Source: Selaginella moellendorffii
Lineage: Eukaryota; Plantae; Lycopodiophyta
DNA length: 64,000 nt
Direction of reading: 5' to 3'
NCBI RefSeq assembly: GCF_000143415.4
Contig: NW_003314263.1
Coordinates: forward strand, 3,226,041-3,290,040
Positions 1 to 12,241 of the stretch are shown piece by piece (the first letter of the stretch is position 1; every line of letters begins with the position of its first letter). The position numbers were made by a program, and so were the translations under genes. The notes beneath the pieces were generated by a model. It did not search any database. It was not told the origin of the DNA and saw only the letters and a list, made by a program, of their open reading frames with translations.

Positions 1-469
1 TCACCCTTAGGCTCGGACTTGGACTCGGACTCAGACTCGGACTCGGACTCAAACTCGGACTCGGACTCAAGCTCGGTCTTGGCCTCGGCCTCGGCCTTGG
101 TCTCAGTCTCAGTCCCAATCTCAGTCTTGGTCTTGGTCTCTGTCTCAACCTCGGACTCCATCTCGGGTCCTTCTCGGACTCCATCTCGAATTCCATCTCG
201 GGTCCATTTTGAACTCCATCTCGAACTCCATCTTGGACTCCACCACGTGTCATGTGATGGTCCTCTTGTGTCCCTTTTCTAGAGACTCTCTTATTGCTCG
301 CTTTATGCTCGTTCCTTGAGCACTACGACGGGAGTTCCACTCTTACTCTCGACTCTTCAAGTTAGAGCTTTTATTCCAAATGCATTACACTTGTTTGGCT
401 TTCGCTTTGGCCACTACCACGTGGCACCCTTTTGGCTCCACTTTGGGGATTAGGGATTTGTGTCTCACA
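1..469 (+). repeat. LTR-like repeat 3' part with GACTCG hexamer array (about 12-240), ending ...TGTGTCTCACA
   Basis: Degenerate (GACTCG)n array. The 240-469 segment is homologous to 10016-10230 and 26404-26612, and in inverted orientation to about 10851-11245 and 27250-27570. It ends in CA like an LTR. Confidence 0.55.
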
Positions 470-639
470 GACAACTCACTAAAGGAACCAAAACAGCATT
501 TTTGTGCTTACTCTCAGAGAGGAGTGACAAAAAGACGGGAACAAAAGAAGTCTTTTAGTGATTCAGTGGTTGTTGGACCAATTCCAAGATACCATGCCGG
601 AGGAGCTACCGTCGAGGTTACCCCCCGAACAACCGATAG

Positions 640-3512
640 AACACAAGATCGAGCTAGTAGAAGGTGCTAAGGCGGTGGTTTGTACACCCTATCGGTTGAA
701 CAAAAAGGAATTCAAGGAGCTCAAACGCGTATGTTAGGTTGAGCAAGTCACCATATGGTGCACCAGTGTTATTTGTGAAAAAGAAAGATGGATCTATACA
801 CATGTGCATAGACTACCGATTGCTCAATAAGTATACAAAGAAGAACAAGTACCCTTTACCAAGGATTGAGGACTTATTCAATAAGTTGAGAAAGGCAAAT
901 ACTTCTCAAGGATTGACCTAAGGTCAGAATACTACCAGATCAGGGTAGCAGAGGAAGATGTCGAGAAGATAACCTGTTGGACAAAGTATGGAAGCTTCAC
1001 GTTTCTAGTGATGCTCTTTGAGCTATGCAATGCACCAGCAACATTCTCAGCGTTGATAACCTATATTTTTGTACCATATCTGGATCATTTCGTGGTTGTC
1101 TATATTGACGACATCTTGATCTATAGCAAGACCCTAGAAGAGCATGCTGAACACTTGACGAAGGTGTTTGAGAAACTAAGGGAACACCAGCTGTATACTA
1201 AAGAGAGCAAATGTGACTTTGCTTAACAAGAAGTAAAGTTTCTCAGGCATGTGGTGAGCAAAGACGGGCTTAAGGTGGACCCTGAGAAGGTCCAAGCGAT
1301 CCAGAATTGGGAACGACCATCAAATGTACACAAGTTAAGGGCATTCTTGGGGCTATGCAATTACTACCAAAAGTTTATCAAACACTATTCGAGAGTAGCT
1401 CTACCTTTAACGGACCAAAAGAGAAAAGGGAAGATGGTATGGATGGTGGAATATGAGGCGGCATTTGTCCATTTCAAAGGGAAATTGAGTAAGGCTCCCG
1501 TGTTGGCATTACCAGAATTTGGTAAGGACTTTGAGGTAAAAACGGATGCTTCAGACTTTGCGTTGGGCATAATGTTGAAGCAAAACAACCATCCAGTAGC
1601 GTTCTTCTCGAAGAAGTTGGATAAGGCTCAGCGAAAGTGGCCTACCCACAAGAAGGAATTCTTTGCGAGTGGTCAAGGCACTCAAGGAGTGGCGATACTA
1701 CCTTAGGAGACACTTCAAAGTTTACATAGACAATGTGGCAATGAAACATTTCTTGTCACAGACCGACCTGAGGGGGAAACAGGGTCGATGGGCCAATGCT
1801 TTGGCCGAGTTTGATTGCGAGATTCTGTACAAGCTTGGGAAGAGCAACATCATGGCAGATGCTCTAAGTCGAAAAGTGAGTTTGAAGTTGGCAATATCTA
1901 GCATAATAGCAACCTTTTGGGATGATGTGCGGACAGTATATGAGAACGATGGTCTAGCACAAGAAGTGTTACTGAGGAACCTAGAGGCGTAAGAAGCTCA
2001 CCAAGGAGATGAGTTGCTAATGGAAGAGAAAACAGGCTATGCAAAATGCAATGGACTCATCTGTTATAAACAAACGAGGGTGTATGTTTCAGAAGGGGAA
2101 CTAAGGAAGGTAGCCTTAGAAGAGTATCATGACGGACCTCTTGCGAAACACGGCAGAGTGCCCAAGACGATGGGCTTACTCAAGAGGAAGTATCACTGGC
2201 TAGAAATGGCTAAGGACGTCCAAGACTATGTAAAGCCATATCCAACATGTCAGTAGGTTAAAGCTGTGACTAAAGCTAGTGGGAGCTTGTTACAAAGCAT
2301 CCCAATTCCAGATTGTCTGTAGAAATGTCTTACGATAGACTTCATCATGGGACTCCCCCCAAGTGAGGGGTTCGATACGATATTCGTGGTGGTGGACCAA
2401 TTTTCAAAGATGGCACATTTCATACCCACCACAACAGAAGTGGATGCGGAAGGTGTGGTGAAGCTATTCTTCTAATAAGTGGTTTGAGTGTGGGGAAGGC
2501 TAAAGGAGATCATCTCAGATCGAGATAAGATCTTCATCAGTAGGTTTTGAAGAACTCTCCTGGAACAATATCGCACCTAGTTGAAATTCAGCACAGCCTA
2601 TCACCCACAGAGAGGTATTGGGTAATAAGTCAAGTTGGATGGCACTAACACTTCTTGACAGATGGACAAATGGAAAGGGTGAATAGGTAGTTGGAGGATT
2701 ATTTGCAATGCTATGTCTCTGGAGACCAGATTGATTGGGTAAGTCATTTGGGACTTGCGGAAATGTGCTATAACAACTCATCACACTCAAGTATCGGGGT
2801 GAGTCCATAGGAAGTCATCAATGGGTGAGTTATTGAAGGTCTTGTGGAACTTGGCATGGCCAAGTATCATGGAGAGTTACCTGCAGTGAAGGCATTTACG
2901 GTGGAAAGACTCAACATTTGGAATCTAGTGAGGGATTCCTTGGAACAGGCTTAACAAAGGTAAACCAAGTATGCAAACCAGAAGCGTTGGGATGTAGAGT
3001 TCCAACCTGGGGAGAAGGTGTGGTTAAACATTAAAAACCTAAGGCTACCAAGTGGCATTAGCCAGAAGCTGACCCAAAAGTAAAATGCATGTATTCATAG
3101 AAATGAATTGATCCTAAGTACCTTAAGTAGATTTGCGGGGCTTTACGAGATTGAGGCACAAATTGGTAAGGTGGCTTACCAACTCCGACTTCCTCGAGAG
3201 ATGGGGAAGATGCACCCTATGTTCCATGTGAACTTACTCAAGCCATACTTTGAGGATCCGCTTCACAAAGACCAAGTAAGACCTTTACCTAAGGTTATCC
3301 AAGGGGAAGAGGAATATGAAGTCGAGGTCATCCTTAATGCACGCAAGAGCAAGCGACAAGGACGCGAGGTGAGAGAGTTCCATGTGAAGTGGAAAGGATT
3401 TCCACACTGCGAAGCAACATGGGAACCGAAAGAGAACCTAGCGAACGCGCGAGATCTAGTGGAGGAATTTCTGCATGGCAGAACTCTATGTACTTATGCA
3501 AAGTTCAATTAA
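640..3512 (+). mobile_element. Degenerate Ty3/gypsy chromovirus pol (RT, RNase H, integrase, chromodomain)
   Basis: [35 protein letters not shown] (RT), TDASDFALG (RNase H), integrase H-x-HG...C zinc motif, MHPMFHV, EYEVEVIL...VKWKGFPHCEATWEP chromodomain. Many stops and frameshifts. Confidence 0.95.
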
Positions 3513-4276
3513 AAGTATCAATTTGAGAAGTTGAGCAATGGCATATGTTGGGACCCGAAGGCGCGCCGAAGGTAAGCTAATTAGCATGGGTTAGCTAGGT
3601 TGACCAGGCGTAGGGAGCTACGCCCGACTCCCTGCGGGGATGTCGAATCCGTAGATGTATTCTACGGAGGTTGGGTTCGAGTCCTAACCCCCTAGTAAAG
3701 CAAGGCTGGGTTCAAGTCCCGACCCTATACTAGGGCGTGGTGAGGTGAGGAGTATAGGGACACCTATATTCCGTTGTCATGGGCTCTTGGCCGGGGAGGC
3801 TAACTTAGGCACACCGCTAAGTGGGGGGATGCCCCCGGAGACATGGTCAACAAGTCGTTCTGCAAACACTCAGGATCTAGTGGAGGAATTTTTGCAAGGT
3901 AGAACTTTATGTACTTATGCAAAATTCAATTAAAGAATCTATTTTGAGAAATTGAGCAATGTCATGTGTTGGGACCCAAAAGCGTGCCGAAGGTAAGCTA
4001 ATTAGCATAGGTTAGCTAGGTCGACCAGGCATAAGAAACTACACCCAACTCCCCGCAGGGATGTCAAATCTGTAGACGTATTTTACAGAGGTTGGGTTCA
4101 AGTGCCAACCCTCTAGTAAAGCAAGGCTGGGTTCAAGTCCCAACTCCATACTAGGGCGTGGTGAGGGGAGGGGTGTAGGGACACCTATACTTTGTTGTCC
4201 TGGGCTCTTGGCCAGGGAGGCTAACTTAGGCACACCGCTAAGTGGGGGGATGCCCCTGGAGACATGGTTAACAAGT
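3441..4276 (+). repeat. Tandem duplication of ~420 bp (3441-3856 and 3862-4276) in retroelement 3' region
   Basis: Both copies begin ...GATCTAGTGGAGGAATTT and end GGAGACATGGTYAACAAGT; both encode DLVEEFL..RTLCTYAKFN. Confidence 0.95.
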
Positions 4277-4336
4277 TGTAAGATTAAAAAAAGGTGTTTG
4301 ATATGGGCATCAAACTTCTTCTATGGGTGGTGGAGT

Positions 4337-5023
4337 TGTAAGGAATTAACTCCCCAAGGGGTCAAAGGCTAAAGGATCCTCGAAAGCATGACTCGGTCTC
4401 GAACTCGATCTCAGACTCGATCTCGGACTCGATCTCGGACTCGATCTCGGACTCGATCTCGGACTCAATCTTGGACCCAATCTCGGACTCAGTCTCGGAC
4501 CTAATATCGGATCTCAGACTCAGTGTCGAACTCAGTCTCGGAGTTGGTCTCGAACTCAGTCTCGGAGTTGGTCTCAAACTCAGTCTCGGAGTTGGTCTCG
4601 AACTCAGTCTCGGAGTTGGTCTCGAACTCGGTCTTAGAGTCGATCTTGGACTCAATGTCAGACTCGGTCTCGGGCCTGATATCGGATCTCGGACTCGGTG
4701 TCAAACTCGGTCTCGGAGTTAGTCTCGAACTCGGTCTTAGAGTCGATCTTGTACTCGATCTCGGACTCGGTCACATCCGATGAACTTACTGCCTTGGCTT
4801 TAGCTAAGTTCCCTTGCCAAGGTTCCCACTTATTGTACTAGCTCTTACTTAGTCTTGCTTGGTTTCAACTACTCACTGCACGAGCAACGGAGCATTAGCC
4901 ATCCATCCACGGATTCCCAAATCTCTCCCAATCCCCCTCCCCGGGTTAGATTGGATTTAAAGTTCGGCTACACTCCCTGCAGGAACAAGCAGTCAAGCAC
5001 ACCAAGCCTCTAGATTCTTAACA
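4337..5023 (+). mobile_element. Probable 3' LTR of the chromovirus, containing 12-bp and 24-bp GACTCG-derived tandem arrays (about 4390-4772)
   Basis: Purine-rich GGGTGGTGGAGT followed by TGTAAGG at 4337; ends TTCTTAACA (imperfect TG..CA terminal inverted repeat). Confidence 0.6.
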
Positions 5024-6280
5024 TCCTTTGGTACAACAAGACTCGATCATGGGACCCTCTAAGTCCTAAGTCTTGGGTGCAACATTTGCTTCGGGACGCT
5101 GGGGGGAAACATCGTGGCCCAACGGCCTGGTATAGGTACCTCTACCCCCCCACTTCCATCCTGAAGGGAAGGCCCAAGCCCCTAGGAAGGGCGAGGACTA
5201 ATGATCCCCAAGGTACTCAAGGGGGGCCCCCCTCCCCCCGAGCCGGGAGCCCCGTATTGGGTTTCCCTTTGGGGAGGGGGAGCTGTTTTTGAGCACTTCC
5301 CGGGGGGGCCCCTTGGGCCCCATTAAAGCCCATGTTCATTCCCACCCAAGGCCCTTGGGCCCCAATTTCAACCTAAAGTGGGTTTGGAAGCCCCCCTAGA
5401 GAGTTTTTTTAAGACGGGTTCCGGGACCCCACTATCCCTAATATATTTTGGGAACCCCCGGGAGCCCCCCCCCCCCCCCCCCCGGGAGACACACGCTTTG
5501 GGCTTTCACCCCCAATATTAGTCAGATAGACGAGATAAGCTGGCAAATTAGATATGTGATAATTATGTATTTTCAAGTTTCACAAGTTTTGCAAGAATGT
5601 GCCTACCTTGTAATGTTGATTGCAATATTTATGTGGGGATTGGAGTTACTAGATTGGCTAGAAGATGGCACATCTTAATAGTTTATACTAAACCAAAGCA
5701 AAAAGGAAAGAAAAATTGTTGTTGTCTATCATGTGTTGCAACAAGGGGAGCAAAAGGTTATTTCTTCACCAAATCTATTTTTTATAAGCATAGGAAAACA
5801 CTTATTCTCACTAAAAATGCACAAGCTAGGATGGTGGAAAATTATAGAGTGGATTTTGGGGGAAAGTCAAAACCATATAATCCAGTAAATGGGTTTGGAT
5901 ATGATTTGTGAGAAAACATCATATTTATCACTAATGATGTTAGAAGTAGTGATACCTATCATCGTTTTTCCAAACGAAAGAACAAAAACTAATTGGAAAT
6001 CCAGGTACTTTGGTGGAACGAAGCTTTCATTGGAGCTTATGGAGGAATTGCTGCTGACTGCCTCAAAGACGCACCAACGCACATTGTCAAAGCAAAGGTT
6101 TTCTTATGTAGTTTGGTGTTGTCTACTGACTTGCATCGAGTGTGTAGATCTACCTGGTTCTCAAGCCTGGCTTTGATCATCTTGGAGATGTGTACCCTCT
6201 CCTAAGCATTGGTGTTATTAGTTTCGATCTTTATGTCTTGATGGGCAACGAATCCAGCTTCAGCTTCAGCTTGCACAAGT

Positions 6281-6601
6281 GTGGCATCAAAAGAGGAGGC
6301 TGTGCGACTTTCGGGGAAACGTGAAGGAAAAGTTCGGTCACTGGAGAGAGGAATGGCTATACATGCCGAAGCTGCTAAAGGTGGTGTCGAGTTGGAGTAT
6401 TTGGTCGCAAACACGCTGGTGGATTTCTACGTCAAATGTGGGAGCTCAGCAGACGCTCGCAGAGTTTTTGACAAGATGCCACTGCACGATGTCGTGTCCT
6501 GGACGGCGCTGGTGCTGGGCTACGCTGGAAACGGTGAAGGCCAGGCGGCCTTGGATCTCTTAGAGGACATGCAACGTCGGGGCTGTACACCGAATGCTTA
6601 A
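6281..6601 (+). pseudogene. PLS-class PPR gene fragment, copy 1
   Basis: VANTLVDFYVKCGSSADARRVFDKMPLHDVVSWTALVLGYAGNGEGQAALDLLEDMQRRGCTPN; only about 2-3 motifs, then a stop. Confidence 0.9.
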
Positions 6602-6734
6602 GCTCACTACTTTGAGTGCATTGTTAGAGGGACAAGAAAGCAAACGAGAAGAAATCCTGGCGATCTGTCTCCAGTAAGTGACGATGATCTTTTTTCTTCA
6701 TTCTTTTTTGCTGATGCCTGTGTTTGGTTTCAGT

Positions 6735-9700
6735 GGTGTTTCCCCGACAAAAAAGGTAGCAGCTACCTCTAGAGATGTTTTGCAAGAGAAGAGCGAGAAG
6801 ATGGACGTCTCTCCAAAGCAAAGCTTTGAGAAACGAGATGGCGATTCCTCTCGGTGCAACGGCGGCTGAAATGGTTGAAGTGGCTGACAGAAAATTACCG
6901 CCCTTTCAGTACAGTGCGAAGAAGCTACCATGCACTCCTCATGCAAGCGCTGGAAATGGCGGCGATCCCAATCCGAACTGGCTAGTCGACAACAAGTATG
7001 TATCACCAGGAGATAGCTTCTGGGACGAGGCAATACGCGTCCTTGGGAGCAAGAAGGGTGACTGCTCGGAAGTTAAGTCGCGTATCAACCCTGACGGCCC
7101 GAATTTATTGAACTCTCCGCTACCGGTCGTGTGCTTCGACTTTGCGAGTCATGACAACGTTGGCAAAGAAGCTGCTGCAGCTCCCACTGAAGAAGGAAAG
7201 GCAATCGTGAACGATCCGTCGTCCTCAGTCTCCGGTGAGAAGTTGTCCGATTGGCTTCCGGCTGAATTATGTGAAGGATGCTTTCGGAAAGCGGTTAGAA
7301 GACTGTATCAATGGCAGGTAAGCCAACTGTTTGTGATTTTAGTGCCTACTTACAAGAAACTACAGGTTGATTGTCTACGCCTTGATGGAGTTTTGGATGG
7401 TAAAAGTCTTGTTTACTGTGCCTCGACAAGGTGCTTGAGATTTCTTATTTAGTTTTCTTTTATGGTAATCCTTAAAGCTTTTTGACAGTGCAGGAAAGAG
7501 TCTTGTTGCAGAAATTTTGATGTTAAAAAGAGTGCTGGCGACAGGGAAAATGGCAATGCTGGTTTTACCATATGTCGCGTTGTGTTCTGAGTAGGTATGC
7601 TTGGTTTTGTTTTGTCAAAACATCAACTGGTTTTTACTTTGCTAGACAGAGCATTTAGAGGCGTACTGGAACATGTGTCCGTGGATATTTTGGGACTCAC
7701 GGGAGTAAAGCGCTACCTCCAGATACGTCACTTGCAGTTCGTAGCATCAAAAAGCGAACTCACTCATCAATAAGGTGGTAGAGGACGGGCGGCTGTCCGA
7801 ACTAGCAGTCGTAGTTATAGATGAGGTTCATATGGTATGTATACTGACTTCCCAATATCTTTCTTATAACAGTCTGGTGCAGGTTGGAGATAAAGAGAGA
7901 GGTTATTTGCTAGAACTAAGCTACGACATGGGGCCGGTAAAAGTGACTATGAAAGCAGCAGCCCCACGAGGTTGCAAATTATACGAATGAGTGCAGCGAT
8001 GCCTAATGTAGCAGCCGTTGCATCATGGCTTCAGGTATTGCAATCTTTTATTCAAGTCTTACAGACCATGATGATAATTTGCAGGCTGCATTTTATGAGA
8101 CTAACTTTCGCCCAGTTCCTTTAGACGAACACATTAAAGTCATTTACGATACTAGTATGAATACTGTTCGTGCTCTAAGAGCAGGCTCTGAACTTAGCGG
8201 CAAGGATCCAGATCACATCGTCCATCTGTGCCATGAGGTTACTTTTGTGTTTTGACAAAGACCTTTCACAGGTCTTACTGATTTCAGTTTGTGCTCTTTG
8301 TTGTCTAGGTGGTTAGTAAGGCCATTCTGTGCTTTTGTTTTGTTCAAGTCGTCATGCCTGCGAAACCACTGCCCGACGAGATACAGGCAAATGGCTGGGA
8401 GAGCAGGAAGAGCAGGGATAGACACGCATGGCGAGAGTGTAAGACTTGTCTCGTTTATGTATTCTGAAATTTGCCGAATGTTGGTTTTGCAGATATTAAT
8501 CTGTAAAAGTGAGGAGCTTCCCATTCTGAAAGAAGGTTGTCAACCGTTGCAGTCATATCTCGCCGAGGAAAAGAATGGAATGATGAGAGCTCGTTTTGGA
8601 GGTGGGCACAGGATGTCAACCGCTCTGCACTCTTCTCAACTCTACACAGCCTTTTGATGAAGTCGTGAAGTCTGCTCAAGATTCTTTGCTGTGCCACAAG
8701 CGACTGATAGAGTGGGATCAGGAGTTACAGATCTACAAAATCAGTCCATTAGGAAAAGCAGCGTTTGGCAGTTCGCTCAGCCCGGAAGAATGCTTGGTAC
8801 GTTCTCGCCCGTTTTTGCTGGCAATGACGAATTTTAATTATGCGGATGCAGGTTGTCTTTGAGGATCTTGCTAAAGCCCCTGATAGTTTTGTTTTAGCGT
8901 CGGATTTGCACCTTGTCTACGAGGTTACTCCTATTCACATGAAGCGTGTGTATTGACGCTTTTTTTGTGGCTCTTATATTGTCCAGGTATGTATGGTCGA
9001 CCTTTGTTCCATAGTACTGAAGTTTCGCCACTAGGAAGTGCCGCTAATGGACGTCTGCAGTACGTTCAAGGTGCCGAGGGGCACCGTGCAAGCTCTTCGA
9101 TTGTTTTACCTTTGTTTTATGTTTTCACAGGCTGCACGAGCTAGATGTTTATACAAAGCGGGCTTACGAACAGTTGAAGCTGTAGCTGAGGCTACAATTC
9201 CTGAACTTGCAAACGCGCTGCGTGATTCTTCATTCAAAGAACAGCAGTGGATGTACGCTGCAGCAGCAAAGACAATAAGAAACGGAGCAAGGAGAATTGT
9301 CCTGGATCGAGCAGAAGAGGTGCGAATAGCTGCTTTCTCGGCCTTTCAAGCTCTTGGAGCAACGATTCCGCATTCGCTGTCACAGTCTTTATATGCCAGT
9401 GTTGAGAGGCCTCAGGCTGAGACAGACGAGATGGCCATATCTCCAAAGCGAGACGAGGGCAAGGCTGACGTTCATAGCACTGACAGTTGGATTGGATGAC
9501 AGCAAGAAAATGGTAAGCATGGCTCCAATGCGTTTGGAGGCTTGCGGAAAAGAAGGCCAGCACAGTGAAAACGGCAACATAAACAAAGTATTATATGCAC
9601 GAGGGCAGGGCTCGTTTCTTTCTTTCCAGTATATTGGACTTCTTTCAAATAAAAAGTCACATCTTAGATCTGGAAACAAGGTTTTGATACATGCCCAGGC

Positions 9701-9745
9701 TGATAAGACTCGATTTCAGGACCAGTGGAAAATTCTTGTTGTGAA
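6735..9745 (+). pseudogene. POLQ: DNA polymerase theta/TEBICHI helicase-region pseudogene, copy 1
   Basis: [59 protein letters not shown] (DExH), [35 protein letters not shown]. Short GT-AG introns, frameshifts and deletions; no polymerase domain. Confidence 0.9.
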
Positions 9746-10015
9746 TCAATTTAATACTATTGACATAGGTGCATTATACCTTCTCGGATCAATGGTATTC
9801 TCTCCTTTAATTCACATAACTACATCATGTATTCTTGGATTTCCATCTACATCTGTATTTGTCTTTTGTATTTCTTCCTCTATGTCTTTTAGCATCTTAA
9901 AGGCTTTAGCATAGGGATTTATATCTCGCAATAATATATCTAACTCCCTCATCAGCTCTTTATTGCATTTCATGTTATATTGATTTTTCATCTGTGCTTC
10001 AATGGCATGTAATGT
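9745..10015 (-). mobile_element. Helitron Rep/helicase gene fragment, copy 1
   Basis: Minus strand reads ELDILLRDINPYAKAFKML...IDPRRYNAP, motifs typical of the Helitron RepHel N-terminal region; contains an internal stop. Confidence 0.7.
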
Positions 10016-11245
10016 ACATCTCGACACTTCCATGTATCATGTGTTGGTCCTTTTGTGTCCATTTTTTAGAGACTCACTTATTGCTTGTTCTTTGAGCACT
10101 TTATTGAGAGTTGCACTTCAAGTCAGCATTTTTAGTCCAAATGTGTTACTCTTGTTTGGCTTCCATTTCAGCCATTACCACGTGGCACCCTTTTAGCTCC
10201 ACTTTTGGGGCTTTAGGATTTGTGTCTCATAAATAGGTGGGGATTGTTATTTCTTTCAAGTGATATATTCGCAAGTATTTTATTTGTCAATTGATGATAC
10301 TGTATTTTTTGAGCTGTCTTTTGTAAGTTATTTAGCATGCTATTTACAATCAATGGTAGTTAGGCTTTATCATTGAGTTCTCTTGATAATATACTTGCTA
10401 TTGAAATTTTTTAGATAGTTAGTACTATAATTTTAACCTTTAATGATTTTAGTGGTTCCTATACATTAATTCTAGTTGATCAAATGATAACTTAATTAGA
10501 ATACTTTTATTTTCTAATCTAAGAGTTATTCAATGATAATTTAGTCTTTAAAATATCATTATCTCTAACTTTGATATTATCCATTTATTGATTGGGCCAA
10601 TATAGGTAGATTGACTTCAACACTTTATGTGCATAGTGAAATCTTTAGTCATGAGGTAGCTATTGTAGACTCGTCATATCACCCACCTTTCTCTCTTGAT
10701 GTTTGTTATTTTGTATAAAGGGTGTGATTGTGTAAACAATTCTAACTGCCTATTTACAATAATCTATCTAAACCTTATCAATTTATTTGCTCATGAGTGT
10801 TAAGGCCTCTAGCTTCTCTCTCTATATAACCTATAGATAGGTGTAAGATATAAATCTCTAAGCCCCAAAGTGGAGCCAAAAGGAGGCCATGTGGCAATAG
10901 CCAAAGCAAAAGTCCAATGAGTGTAACACATTTGAACCAAAAGCTTCAACTCCTAAACTGGAATTCCCAAAAAATTGCTCGAGGAATGAGTATGAAATGA
11001 TTAGTGAACGAGTCTCTACAAAAGGACATAAGAGGGACTAACACATGGCAAGTATTGTGACACATGGAAGTGTCGGGGCTGAGTTTGAGATGGAGTTTGA
11101 GAAGTAGTTTGAAATGGAGTTTGATAACAAGTTCAAATGGAGTCTAAGATGGAGTCTGACAAAGAGTCAAAGAAAGAGTCTAAGATGGAGGCTAAGACTG
11201 GGTCCAAGATCAAGAGCAAGACTAAGTTCAAGTCCAAGTCCAAAT
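10016..11245. repeat. Two inverted partial copies of the LTR-like repeat (10016-10230 +, about 10851-11245 -) around an AT-rich spacer
   Basis: CTTTTAGCTCCACTTTTGGGGCTTTAGGATTTG versus ATAAATCTCTAAGCCCCAAAGTGGAGCCAAAAG; both homologous to 240-469. Confidence 0.7.
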
Positions 11246-12241
11246 ACTAATACAGGTCAAGGGGTGAAAGTTAAAAGCGATCATCCCCTAGGGGTGGGGG
11301 GGATGCAAGGGTCCAAAGGTATAGTAGGGAGAGTGTGGGGGTTGGACTTTAGTGGAATTAGTTTGACTAGGAAAGACCAGTATGTATGTCCATGTGTTAG
11401 GTGATAATATATCCACTAAAGAGTCCAAAGTTAAAGTGAATACAGACAAATAAATGGGGAAGCTTGTGAAGTGTTCAAGAGCCAACTCTAGTTCCCCTAG
11501 GAGATCAAATGGTTAATGCTCCTAGTCCAAGCGTAGGTGGCACTACCTACTTGTATATCTAGCGTGGCTCAACGAAACCTTGCTCTAAACCCATGGCTAG
11601 AGCACCTAAAGACAGAAGGTGGGGAGAGTACCCATGAGGCTTGCGTAGGGCCACAGTATTCAAAAATGTTGTCATAAAGTCCTAGATTGTGAAAAGGAAG
11701 ATAAACAGTCCTCTGGTGTAGTGACCAAGGATACAGTCACATGGTGAGGAAGTCTCAAAGGACAATGGGACTTGGTGGTCGAGTCTGCAGGCCTTGACTC
11801 AATGGCAGTGTTGGCAAACATGGCCATGGACAAAAAGAGACTTGGTGGGGACTAAAAAAGGGATATTGGGGAAGGCTATTCCCTATGGGCATCCTAAAGA
11901 TGCTAAGAAATGGATCTGAGATGATCACTATTGGATGGATGGCCCAGTCTTTGAGAGATAGGACTGTGATATAGGTGGTGTTGGATCACCGGTGTGACAA
12001 AAGTGAATGGGTATGGTTTTAGTGTAATGGGTTGATATGTCGGTGGTACCTTTGGGCGTCGGTCATGAGATTAGACACGTGGAGCACTTAGACCAAACGC
12101 AAAGATTAAGTGGCATGAATGTCATTCTGGGGGCTATCAAGCCCGAAGTCTAGAATAGGATTTATAAAAGTTATAAGTGAGACTCCTCCAAGTGGTGGTT
12201 AAGTGACTAAAGAAGAATGGAAAGTTTAGTCATTTACAATT

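Noticed and set aside
19-282. SD-repeat ORF resembling staphylococcal Sdr adhesins (also ORFs at 4362-4783)
   Set aside because: Translation of the GACTCG satellite; no coding context.
3540-3860. Hammerhead ribozyme or riboswitch in the hairpin-rich unit
   Set aside because: No CUGANGA/GAAA core found; GCCGAAGG similarity to glycine riboswitches is too short to support.
4510-4740. CRISPR-like regular repeats
   Set aside because: Head-to-tail 24-mers without unique spacers, no cas genes, eukaryotic context.
5040-5520. G/C homopolymer-rich stretch, possible G-quadruplex or regulatory island
   Set aside because: Pattern resembles low-quality read-end sequence; cannot be trusted without reads.
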